Source: Chlorokybus atmophyticus (taxonomy: Eukaryota > Plantae > Mesostigma and Chlorokybus algae). From it: a stretch of 64,000 nt of DNA. How positions within the stretch are numbered: the stretch's first letter is position 1; each line of letters opens with the position of its first letter. Below the pieces are notes generated by a model that searched no databases, was not told the DNA's origin, and worked only from the letters and a program-made list of their open reading frames with translations. The position numbers and the translations under genes are program-made. Shown here piece after piece: positions 26,566 through 37,057 of this stretch. The stretch lies in NCBI GenBank assembly GCA_009103225.1, contig RHPI01000797.1, positions 805,064 through 869,063 of the forward strand. Direction: 5' to 3'.

Positions 26566-27538
26566 GTGTGCAGGCAAAGACCCCAGCTGCTAAGAAGAGG
26601 AAGCACTCATACAACCAACGAAGACAGAATGGAGGACATCCAGAGGGCTGTGGCTTCCGTCCACAAAGGTTGTATGTTTGCTGCTGATGCTGTCAAGGAG
26701 CTTGGCATCTCGGACACCATCATGCGTCGTTTCCTCGCTCAACCCAACCTCTCCAACTACAAATACATGATGCAAGCACTGCCAGCTGAACTGGTAATGA
26801 TGCTGCAAGCACTGGCATCTCAAGTGTTAGTCACATGTGTGCATGCATTGTGCATGCGGATGCCTAACATATGTGAATATGTTACAGTGCACCGGGAGCT
26901 GCAACCATCTTCACAGATGCTGAAGAAGATGATATAGCAGAGTGGGTCATATTTCGCAACAAATGGGGCCGTGGAGTGACATGGACAGAGATGTGCATTG
27001 AGGCAGGCAAGCGGCTTGTTGGTGATCGGAGGGCAAAACTTTTCAAGCAAAAAGTACCTGGTCTGAAGTGGTTGAATGGTTTGAGGCGGAGGAAGAGGTT
27101 GACAAGCAGGAAGGTAGAGCTTACGGACAAGTCCAGGCGGGTCTCCCTCAGCAAGGACATTGTGTACCAATACTTTGAGTTGCTGGCGGAGACTGTGGGC
27201 AAGCTGGGCACTGGGTCAAAGCGCATCCTGTCCGCTGATGAGGTTGGCATCGAACCTGACACCAGCACGCAAAACCAGAGGATCATCTGCGAAAGGTAAG
27301 CAAATTGGACAAACATGGTTGCATGCATTGTTGCTCACAGCTGCTAACTACTTAATGCAATGCAGTGGGGCGAAATGGGCGCAATGCTCAATTACTGGCA
27401 GTCGTGAGCACATCACCTTGATGTGCGCAGTTACAGGAGCTGGGCTAGCTGCACCCCCGCTCGTCATTGTGCAGGGGCAGAGATTGAATGTTGATCTCAA
27501 GGGCTTTGATGTAGCACGAGCCGGGTTTGCTACCCAGG
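26566..27538 (+). pseudogene. pogo-like transposase, 5' part (psq-type HTH, CENP-B-type HTH, first catalytic Asp), with introns
   Basis: EDIQRAVASV...AVKELGISDTIMRR; TDAEEDDIAEW...GLKWLNGLRRR; ILSADEVG; intron ag|gtaagc(27296)...cag|t; SREHITLMCAVTGAGLAAPPLVIVQG. The reading is cut by the LTR at 27539. Confidence 0.88.
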
Positions 27539-28064
27539 TGTAACGGGAGCAATAATAATAGGGGTATTATTGCTACCTAAATAACACATTTTGTATGAAT
27601 AAGTATTTAAATATGCTTATTTATACCTCTTTTCTGCGGTTCCTCGCTTATTAAAGGCTATGATGCTTTATCATAGCTTAAATAAGTCCCAATGGGTGTA
27701 GAACCGCTTATTCAAGCCTATTTAGTGTCACATTTGATATAATGTGATCACTATCTCGTTAGGTACCTTACGATAGGTATCTTTGGATAGGTACCTTATC
27801 GATAGGTACTTTATCTGAGCTGTGATTGGCTCACGCTGGATTTCCTAACTACCCTATCTGTAGGGTCGATGATTAGTTGTGAGTTAATTATCGAGAGGTA
27901 TATAGTTGATATACTCTTGATATAAAAGGTCACATCAACCTGATGTGGGGACTTTCAGTTCTCTGCTCAGTGGCGGCCACGCCGTTGAAAGGCTTGTCAT
28001 AGGCGGTGTGGGTGTTGGGGTAGAGGATTGAAGGGGCATCACCGGCGACGGTGGTGCTGTTACA
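27539..28064 (+). repeat. 5' LTR (526 bp)
   Basis: TG...CA termini, TATAAAAGG at about 27921. Matches 34057-34600 except about 6 substitutions and a TA expansion. Confidence 0.97.
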
Positions 28065-28065
28065 T

Positions 28066-28079
28066 TGGTATCCAGGAGC
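28066..28079 (+). promoter_or_regulatory. Primer-binding site, tRNA-iMet-like but imperfect
   Basis: TGGTATCCAGGAGC starts 1 nt after the 5' LTR. The canonical iMet PBS is TGGTATCAGAGC. Confidence 0.7.
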
Positions 28080-28259
28080 TGGGGGGTGACGTGGGTACTT
28101 ATAGGGGGCGGCGACCTGCTTTCGGCCAATCAGAAGGCGTCGTCGGCGGCCTCCTATTCGTCCACGCAGCCCAAGCTTCAAGTTCGCTTCCCTGCGCTAC
28201 CTCTACGTCGAAGCCACCTATCAAAGAGGCGGCCTCTCCACGTGTGAGGTACCAACACA

Positions 28260-28810
28260 CGTCGGTGACTTGCCTGCTTGCCTGCTTGTCAGCTGCTTGC
28301 CAGGTGCTTGCCAGGTGCACGTGTGTACTTTCATGCACATCACACAGTGGCTTGCCAGTGCACTATAATTGCTTGCAGTGATTGCCTGTCATTGCATGCG
28401 GTGATTGCGGCTTACTAGTGTGCCATCACTGTTTGTCACATTTAGTGCACTATCATTGCTTGCAGTGATTGCCTATCATTGCATGCGGTGATTGCTTGTC
28501 ATTGTGCTTGCCAGTGCATGTCACAGTTAGTCACCGTACGGCTTGCCTGTTGCATGCCTGTGGCTTGCCTGTTGCATGCCTGTGACGTACCTGTGACCTG
28601 CCAGCGGCTTTGCCGGGTCGTTTGACCCGGGTCCGTAAGTTCCAAACCAAACTGTTCCCAAACCCTCCCCCTCTGGCTTCGGCCTGGAGATCGGGACTTG
28701 GTTAGGACAGTTGTGGGGAGGTTCTAGGACAATCTGTTCCAAAACCCTGTTAGTCTGAAACCCTCCCCCTCTGGCTTCGGCCTGGAGATCGGGACTTGGT
28801 TGAGGACAAC
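28260..28810 (+). repeat. Tandem/direct repeats in the retrotransposon 5' leader
   Basis: TGCTTGCC-type units, a duplicated ...ttgcttgcagtgattgcct(g/a)tcattgcatgcggtgattgc block, and two copies of aaaccctccccctctggcttcggcctggagatcgggacttggtt (about 28660 and 28758). Confidence 0.85.
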
Positions 28811-29002
28811 ACAGGGTTAGGACATTCTGGTCCCACTCAGACTTGTTCTGTTTGGTGACACTCCAGATCCAACCTTTCCTATTTTGGGACTGGTTTGGAC
28901 TCTGTTTGGGACTTTTACAACTTGGGGTCATTTTGATCCTCTCGTTAAACCTGGTCCATTGGTGAGGTTCTCACCATCCCATTCTGCCTGTTTTGCAGGC
29001 AA

Positions 29003-30178
29003 ATGGAAGAAAACTCGGTGCCCACCTCAAAAGGGGAGAGCTCAGAAAAAGAGCAACTTTCCCGTGAGGAGGAATTTCCATCCATGGAAGATATTCCGAA
29101 TCCGGATGATGCACCTGATGAGTCTCAAGCTGCTAAAGCTGCGGAAGCTTCAGTGGATGATAGATCACCTTCTATATTCCCTGAGTTTTCTATTCGCATG
29201 ACACAGCAGGACTTGATGGAGCATTTCCTTAGCACCTATGATCAGGACCCTCGTGAGGCAATTGTCTCATTCGTGAACTTTCTCTTCCTATTGGCAGAAA
29301 AAGTTTCAAAGCTCACCACCTTTATGGGGCGAGATTGGGAGGGGCAGATGGGTGAAGGCAAACGTGTTCTGAATATGATCGAGCGTCTTCAACGTGCTGA
29401 CGGTGGTCCACCTGTTCAAGCACTTGCTCGTCCTGCCGAGTTTGTTCCCAACAAGCAAGCGGCCATCTTCGACTGGCTTGTGAAGTTGCGACACTATGTC
29501 AACTCCCTTCACATTTCTGAGGAGGGGAAATTGCGTGTAGCTGAGTTGCTGATCCCAAACGATGCTTTGGCAGAGTGGTACCGCCGTAAGCAACGGGATA
29601 CCAACCTCGGGCGGGAAGTAAATCAGTTGTGCTTTTTCATGGAGCAGCGCTATGGTGGCGCAGATCCTGCCCAGGTTGCTCGCAACCAGCTGCACAACCT
29701 GCGTCAGAACGGGCGTCCGGTTCAGCAGTATATCCAGGATTTTCAGTCGTTTGTCAGCAAGATCAATGCTGGCAAACTACCTATCAGTGATGCTGATCAG
29801 CTGGATATGTTCAGGCGTGGCTTGGACACAGATCTCGTGCAGCATGTGGCCGTCAACCCCGCGAGTTTGCAAGAGTGGGCCTCGACGGATTTACCAATGC
29901 TGATGCAGATGGTTGCTGCTGTGGACAGTGTAAAACGCTCTCACGCCAACATGCAAACCACGGCAAAAGAGGCAGCCCCGGTTTCAGCTGCAAAGCGCCC
30001 GGCCACTGGCAACAAACCTTTTGTGAAAAAGGCGAAACCATCTCATCCTGCTGGCCCCTACAATGCGGCCAAATCCATCATCACTTGCAGTTTCTGCAAG
30101 AAGACAGGTCATGGGGAGGCTACGTGCTATGCAAAACAGAATGCACAGAAGGCCAAGCAGCAGAGAGAAAAGAAATAG
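29003..30178 (+). CDS. gag: Gag (retrotransposon gag domain plus CCHC zinc knuckle), 391 aa, intact
   Basis: AEWYRR...QVARNQLHNLRQNGRPVQQYIQDF...MFRRGL; CSFCKKTGHGEATC knuckle. Confidence 0.93.
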   Translation: MEENSVPTSKGESSEKEQLSREEEFPSMEDIPNPDDAPDESQAAKAAEASVDDRSPSIFPEFSIRMTQQDLMEHFLSTYDQDPREAIVSFVNFLFLLAEKVSKLTTFMGRDWEGQMGEGKRVLNMIERLQRADGGPPVQALARPAEFVPNKQAAIFDWLVKLRHYVNSLHISEEGKLRVAELLIPNDALAEWYRRKQRDTNLGREVNQLCFFMEQRYGGADPAQVARNQLHNLRQNGRPVQQYIQDFQSFVSKINAGKLPISDADQLDMFRRGLDTDLVQHVAVNPASLQEWASTDLPMLMQMVAAVDSVKRSHANMQTTAKEAAPVSAAKRPATGNKPFVKKAKPSHPAGPYNAAKSIITCSFCKKTGHGEATCYAKQNAQKAKQQREKK

Positions 30179-33100
30179 GAATTGTCCGTGGTTGGTAGCT
30201 TAGTCGAGCAGAACGACTTTAAAAACTCTGTACTTCTTGATAAAGTTTCCTCTCTTTGCGATGTATCAGATGTATGGACTGATATGAGCACACCACCTGT
30301 GTTGAGAAATGCAAACGGTTGTGTTTTAATCAATGTTCCATTCTCTGAATTAGTAACTGCTGTTAAGCACTTACACGAGTTGCAATTACAACATGCTATC
30401 ACTGCATGTGTAGTTATCCCTCGATATCATGGCCCGTGGTCGCGATTGTTGAAAGGGGGAGAAGTAATCATGCAACTCTCACGCAAAGATACAGGAGCTT
30501 CACCATTGCAAGTGATCTTTATCAAGTCTGCTACCAATCACGGCACTCCGATATTAGCTACATTTGATGGTCACTCAGTGCCACTCAAATGGAGATTTGA
30601 GAGTCAACTTATGGGTACACCATGTACAGCATTGATTGATACTGGTGCAAACCATAACTTTGTTGAACATGCTTGGGTGAAACGTAATAACATTCCTTTC
30701 ACACCAGTCACGTCATATGTACGTGCTGCTGGTTCCACTCTCAATGCAATGGGAGAGGTAAAAGGGCGTTTTGTTATTAATGGCCATATAACCCGACCAG
30801 CCTTCATCGTGGTGGATATTGGTATCCCCGGGGTGGATGTTGTTTTAGGGGAACAATGGCACACTGAAGCAGGTTTACAATTAGACTCTCGAGCCAATAC
30901 GTGCACCCTTCGTAAAGGGAAACGTAGGATGACTTTAACAGCATCTGTACTCGCACGTATACCACGCGATAATGTTCCGCTCCTCTCTGCTATGCAATTG
31001 AAACGTTGCATGCGTAAACGTGAGGAAGTATACTTACTGCACTTACGACAGGTGGAAACACCTGCTGAACAGGCTATCAGTGACCCTGTGGTGCAGTCAC
31101 TTACGGAACAATACGCAGATGTATTTCAGGATGAACTCCCAGAGTTGCCTCCCGATCGAAACATACATCATACCATTCCGCTAGAGGAGGGGGCAAAGCC
31201 ACCTTGTCGGCCTATATACAGGCTAAGTCCCTTAGAACACGCGGAGATGGAAAAACAGCTCAAAGAGTTATTGGACAAAGGTTTAATAACAAAGAGCATA
31301 TCTCCTTTTGGTGCACCAATTTTGTTTGTGCCCAAAAAGAATGGCAAGCTACGCATGTGTATTGATTACCGTGCGTTGAACAAGGTCACTGTGAAAAACA
31401 GATACCCTTTGCCTCGGATTGATGATTTGTTTGATAAGCTGTCAGGTGCAACAGTGTTCAGCACGCTGGATTTGACCAGTGGTTATCATCAAATTAAAAT
31501 CCACCCGTCGGATATACAAAAAACTGCATTTCGCACCCCACTAGGACACTTTTAGTATAAAGTGTTATCATTTGGGTTAACAAATGCACCAGCTACATTT
31601 CAAACAGCAATGAACGCGGTATTTGCTGATGAATTGTACAAGTTTGTACTGGTATATCTAGATGACATTATTGTGTTCAGCAAAACGTGGGAGGACCACC
31701 ACAAACATGTGGAATTGGTTCTAGCTAAGTTACGCGAACACAAATTCTATGCCAACCTGTCCAAATGCAACTTTGCAAAGGATGAACTACCCTTTTTAGG
31801 GCATGTAATTGGCAAAGAAAGATTGAAACCAGATCCTCAAAAGGTGTGTGCGGTAAAACATTGGCCGCCACCCAAGGATGTACATCAGTTACGTACTTTC
31901 TTGGGGCTAGCCAATTATTTCCGCAAGTTCATGCGAGCATATTCTGACATGGCAAATTCTTTAACATCTTTACTAAGAAAAGATGTTAATTTGTGTGGAC
32001 GGAGGCACACGAGGTTGCTTTTACACGCATTAAAGATGCATTAGCACAAGCCCCTGTGTTAGCCTTCCCCGACCACACCAAGCCTTTTGTGGTGATCAGC
32101 GATGCTTCCACCATTGGGTGTGGGGCAGTCCTTCTACAAGATAACAGACCATGTGCATATGAAAGCAGAAAGTGCATTCCTGCTGAACGTAATTACACAA
32201 CCACTGAGCAGGAATTGCTCGGGGTGGTGCACGCGCTGCGCACATGGCGTTGCTACTTGGAAGGGGTGGAGTTTTCAGTGATTACTGATCACAACCCGCT
32301 CACATTCTTTCATACGCAACAAAATCTGTCGAGGCGGCAAGCTAGGTGGAATGAATTCATTTCTCGTTTCACTTTCACTTGGCAATACCGTCCGGGTCGC
32401 ACCAATGTGGCGGATCCACTAAGTCGCAGCCCTGCTCTTTTGGCACTTACGCGCTCTCGAAGTACGCGTAATGTACAACAGCCTGAAGATCCTTTCTTAA
32501 AGGAAGTGTCCGCAGGTTATAACTCAGATGATTGGTTTAGCAGTCAAACCAACTTGCAACAGCTTACTGCTGTTAGCAATCTGTGGTATAAAGGGGAGCA
32601 GTTGGCAATTCCCAACTCGGGCGACTTGCGTAAGCAATGCTTACATTCAGTGCATGACCCGCCGTATGCTGGGCATTTGGGGAAACACAAAACACTCAAA
32701 TCTGCGCAACAGTTATACTGGTGGCCGTCAATGTCAGCTGACGTGGATCAATATGTTCGCACATGTGACGTGTGTCAACGTAATAAGCCACTACGACAAA
32801 AACAAGCGGGATTGCTTAAACCATTGGCAATTCCAGCATAAAAGTGGGATAGTGTCAGTATGGATTTGATTACTGACCTACCTGAAATTGCAGCTAAATA
32901 CACTGCTATTGTGGTTTTTGTCGACCGTTTGACTAAAATGGTGCATTTTGCCCCGTGTTGCACAACTGTAAGTGCACGGGACTTGGCACACTTATTTGTG
33001 TCCACGGTTTTTCGCGTTCACGGTATACCGCGTGAACTTGTTACAGATCGTGATCCTCGTTTTGTCTCCAAGTTTTGGCGAGAAGTCTGTGAATTGTTGG

Positions 33101-33909
33101 GGGTAAAACAAAGCATGTCGACTGCTTTCCACCCGCAAACGGACGGTCAAACTGAGCGAGCAAATCAAACACTGGAAGAAATGCTTCGCCACTATGTGGC
33201 TCCCAATCATGCTGATTGGGACAGGTACTTGCCAATGGCAGAGTTCGCTGTGAACAACGCGTGGCAAGAAAGTGTAAAGGAAACCCCATTTTTCTTGAAT
33301 TATGGGATTCGCCCAAACACACCAGCGTCATTGCGTGTACCTCGCCATGCCGTGACTGTACCAGCGGCAAAGGAATTTGCCACTAATATGCAAGAAAATT
33401 TGGCTCGAGCCAAGCTGTGTCTGTCAGAAGCACAGGACAGGCAAAAAGCTTATGCTGATACACATCGAAAAATGGCCACTTTCGATGTCGGCGATAAAGT
33501 TTTGCTTAATGCAAAAAACATAACCATCAAAGGTACGGGTGCTCGCAAGTTGCTGCCCCGATGCTTAGGTCCTTTCTCTAGCACTGATAGAGTTGGTACG
33601 CACGCTTATCGACTGCAATTGCCCCCAAGTGTGCGTATACACAACGTGTTTCATGTAAACTTGTTGAAACCTTACCGCTCAGACGGTAGAACACAGCCTC
33701 CACCACCGCCAGTTGAGGTGGACAGCGAGCTCGAATACGAGGTGGAAGCTATATTGCACCATAAGCTAAATGGTCGAGGACGCGCAACTCGCTTTTTGGT
33801 GAAATGGAAAGGGTATGGCCCGGAACATAACAGTTGGGAGCCCGACAGGCATCTTACGCACTGCCGCGAGTTGCTTCGAGCTTATTGGGATTCATGTCCT
33901 GTCCCATAA
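30179..33909 (+). pseudogene. pol: Pol: extra N-terminal segment, aspartic protease, RT, RNase H, integrase, chromodomain; disrupted
   Basis: [12 protein letters not shown]; [18 protein letters not shown]; ISDASTIGCGAVL; HDPPYAGH...CDVCQ; D,D35E core; LGPF; YEVEAIL...FLVKWKGYGPEHNSWEP. Lesions: TAG at 31553-31555 (GHF*YKV), -1 frameshift near 31990, TAA at 32839-32841. Confidence 0.95.
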
Positions 33910-34043
33910 ACTGTGGGCTTGGTTTTATGACAGACTGGCAGTGCAGTTTCATTACCACCCTGTCATTTCGTGCTATCTCACTGGTTACAATTACTCGAAA
34001 TCAAGCCTGATCAACTTGAGTTCAACGAGGACGCTGAAAACCT

Positions 34044-34056
34044 AAGTGGGGGGGAA
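34044..34056 (+). promoter_or_regulatory. Polypurine tract
   Basis: AAGTGGGGGGGAA immediately precedes the 3' LTR. Confidence 0.88.
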
Positions 34057-34600
34057 TGTAACGGGAGCAATAATAATAGGGGTATTATTGCCACCTAAAG
34101 AACACATTTTGTATGAATAAGTATTTAAATATGCTTATTTATACCTCTTTTCTACGGTTCCTCGCTTATTAAAGGCTATGATGCTTTATCATAGCTTAAA
34201 TATATATATATATATATATATGTCCCAATGGGTGTAGAACCGCTTATTCAAGCCTATTTAGTGTCACATTTGATATAATGTGATCACTATCTCGTTAGGT
34301 ACCTTACGATAGGTATCTTTGGATAGGTACCTTATCGATAGGTACTTTATCTGAGCTGTGATTGGCTCACGCTAGATTTCCTAACTACCCTATCTGTAGG
34401 GTCGATGATTAGTTGTGAGTTAATTATCGAGAGGTATATAGTTGATATACTCTTGATATAAAAGGTCACATCAACCTGATGTGGGGACTTTTAGTTCTCT
34501 GCTCAGTGGCGGCCACGCCGTTGAAAGGCTTGTCATAGGCGGTGTGGGTGTTGGGGTAGAGGATTGAAGGGGCATCACCGGCGACGGTGGTGCTGTTACA
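34057..34600 (+). repeat. 3' LTR (544 bp)
   Basis: Copy of the 5' LTR with an 18-nt (TA)n expansion at about 34201-34221. Confidence 0.97.
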
Positions 34601-34605
34601 CCAGG

Positions 34606-35568
34606 AGAATGCGTGGATGACCACCGACATATAAGACCTAGATCAAGCACCTGTGTGACTGGATTCTAGGTGGAGTGAGCCCTTCTAACCCTGCACTGTT
34701 AGTAGTGGACGGGCATGTGTCAAGATACAACCCTCACATGATCCGCTTTGCACAAGCCAAGGGCCTGCACTCCTCGTCCCGCCCCCACATACAACGCATC
34801 GCCTACAAGTGCTTAATCCTGCTTCCACCCTTTCAAGGAGCAATACCGCAACGAGTACCGCAAGCGCCAGGCGACCAGATACAACTTTGAGCTCAACCGC
34901 AAGGAGTTCCTCAAGCTCCTCATTACTCCTTACTATGTTGGGCTGTCCCCTGTAAACATCATTGCAGGCTTCCGAGCATGTGGGTTGTGGCCTCTGAACA
35001 AGCACGCCCTCGACAAGTACTTCACAGAGATGGAGGCACCACCATCCCTCCCGGACTGTCATGCCTGCTAGACGCCATTGAAGGAGGAGAAGTAGGCGCA
35101 CCTGAAGACAACCACAACACTGAGCACTGCACACCCGCAACAGAACCTGTAGCCAAGAGAAAGAAAGGCATAAAGGCTGGGGCTCGCCTGCTAACAGCAT
35201 ATGAGATAGCAGAGGAGCTGGAGAAGGAGGGGGCAGAGAAGGTTGCTAAAGCTAATGCAATACTCGTGCGCAAGGAAGCAGTAAAGCAACGCAAAGCACA
35301 AGCAGAGAAGGACGCAGCAGAGAAGGCAGGCAAGAATGCAACCAAGAAGAAGGCATGTGCACTCAAGAAGATGCTAGCTGAGAGGGAGAAGGAGAAGGGA
35401 AGACAGGAGAAGGCTCAAGGAAAGGCTGAAGCACAGGCTAAAGCACAAAGACAGAGAGAGGAGCAGCAACATGTAGCGCAAGCAGAGGAGGCGCAGCGTG
35501 CACAGACTGCACATGAAGCTCAAGAGTTGCTTATGCGCTACATATGGGACCCTAATGGAGTGCCATAA
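34606..35568 (+). pseudogene. pogo-like transposase, 3' part (second Asp region, C-terminal Lys/Glu-rich coiled coil), with stops and frameshifts
   Basis: Resumes right after the TSD: ENAWMTTDI...ALLVVDGHVSR...PHTTHRLQ...FKEQYRNE...SPVNIIAGFRACGLWPLN. These are typical DDE_1 motifs. Confidence 0.88.
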
Positions 35569-37057
35569 CCAGTTAGGAGACCCATTGTGGGACTACGCAG
35601 AGGCCTTCGCAGAGCGAAACCTCAGGCTTGGCTTAGGGTTCAGACTTGACCCCGCACACAACCCACAGGCGAAAGAGGCAGGTGCCCGCTAGAGAGAGAA
35701 GCGAAAGACTAAGCACACACCACGCACCACACCGCCTTAGACTGCTAGAACGTGTAGGCTTTGTAGATGTAGAACTCATGCATGCTGCGTACATAAGCAA
35801 GACAACCACCTCTTTTACTTTGCTGTTGCCGCCCACCTTGTGCATGTCACCCACGCGCCACAGGGCGCCGCCGCCACACCCTGCAACACCCAAAACAACA
35901 ACTTTGCCGCCGAAGCGACGAGCTTGGCGGCAGAGAAATGGCTGCAGCATCAATCGCCTGCGCATCACAGCTATGACCGCTACAATGCCCCTGCCACAGC
36001 AGCCCACAGCCCCTCCACAGTGGCTGCAAGGCCTCCATAAAAGGGCTCAGCAAAGGCTGCCAGTTGCTGACAGCCTTACTCAGGCCTTTCACTTAAGTCT
36101 CAAGTCCCCAAGTTAGGGCTTGGGGACTTTTGAGCTAACAGCCCTCACACCCCAACTTTGGCGCGCTATATCTGGCACGATATAGCGCCAAAAAGTATGA
36201 AAAAAATATCGCTATGTAAGGAACAACTTCAGCTACAACTAACTTATATACATGTCCGCCAAAAAAAAAAAATCCTTGCCCGCTATACCCTTAATACCGA
36301 AAAACATCCCCAAGTATGGGACACTTACCCTATCGCTGGCGTTGGCAGCCATGTGGCATCGCGCATGGTTCAGGGGCGTTGCATGGACGGATTCTCTCGG
36401 CGGCAGAACCACGTTGGTCCTCTTGCTGATGGCATATTGCCACGTGGGCAGCATCGCCGCGAAAAAACCGCCATCGAGTCCGCGGGCGGCTGGTTAAAAC
36501 ACAGCACCCTTCAGCATAAAGCCGGCAAACCTTATCGAACCGGCCTTTCTCTGCTGACTCCAGCCCGCCTTTAAGGAAAGCCGATTGCTCAATTCTTGCT
36601 CGCCATGAATGTCACGCAATCCACCTGCTGGAGCGACGGCGTCATTCTGCGGGCTAATTTTCATGATTCCAGAATCTGAGGTCGAATGACCGCGGTTAAC
36701 GGTATTTGTCCGTTTTATGCGGGGTAGCAGACGGGGTTCGAGATGATGCGGCTGCGTCGCAGATATCCGTGTCTGGCGGGAAAACGAATCTGCCCCTGCG
36801 AGGACACGATATCACCAATGTAACCGATATCGCGCCGGTGCTTAGGGTTGAGGGACGCGGGGCGGAGCTGTGGGCGTAGTGGTTGGCGGCAGCGGTGTCG
36901 TTGGCGTGCCTCGTGGAAGAAGCGTTTGCGTGTGGGCAAGTTGAAGCTGGGGAGAGAGCTGGGTAGGTGGCGCGCCTCTCGTGGTGAGCTGGACGGGGTT
37001 AAGCCAAGGCCGTCGTGGCGCAACCCATTCGTGCATGAGGCGTATGGGCCAGTGGTG

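Larger units (their letters stand above)
27539..34600 (+). mobile_element. Full-length Ty3/gypsy chromovirus LTR retrotransposon (defective copy)
   Basis: Paired LTRs TGTAAC...GTTACA, 5-bp TSD CCAGG (27534-27538 and 34601-34605), PBS, PPT, and gag-PR-RT-RH-INT-chromodomain order. Confidence 0.97.
25736..36330 (+). mobile_element. pogo/Fot1-like (Tc1/mariner superfamily, DDE_1) DNA transposon, interrupted by an LTR retrotransposon
   Basis: TA|GGGTAAGTGTCCCTAACTTGG (25736-25756) and CCAAGTATGGGACACTTACCC|TA (36310-36330) are 19/21 inverted repeats with a TA target duplication. They enclose a decayed DDE_1 transposase. Confidence 0.9.

Noticed and set aside
28072-28078. PBS contains CCAGGAG, identical to the 7 nt after the 3' LTR
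   Set aside because: A 7-bp match is compatible with chance, and no mechanism is supported.
28640-28810. Repeat-spacer-like pattern (possible CRISPR)
   Set aside because: There are only two 44-bp direct repeats, inside an LTR-element leader in eukaryotic DNA, with no cas genes.
36335-36840. GC-rich, bacterial-looking stretch after the pogo TIR
   Set aside because: The ORFs are short and unrecognisable. The position and CCAAT/telo-like motifs fit a promoter, like 63750-64000.
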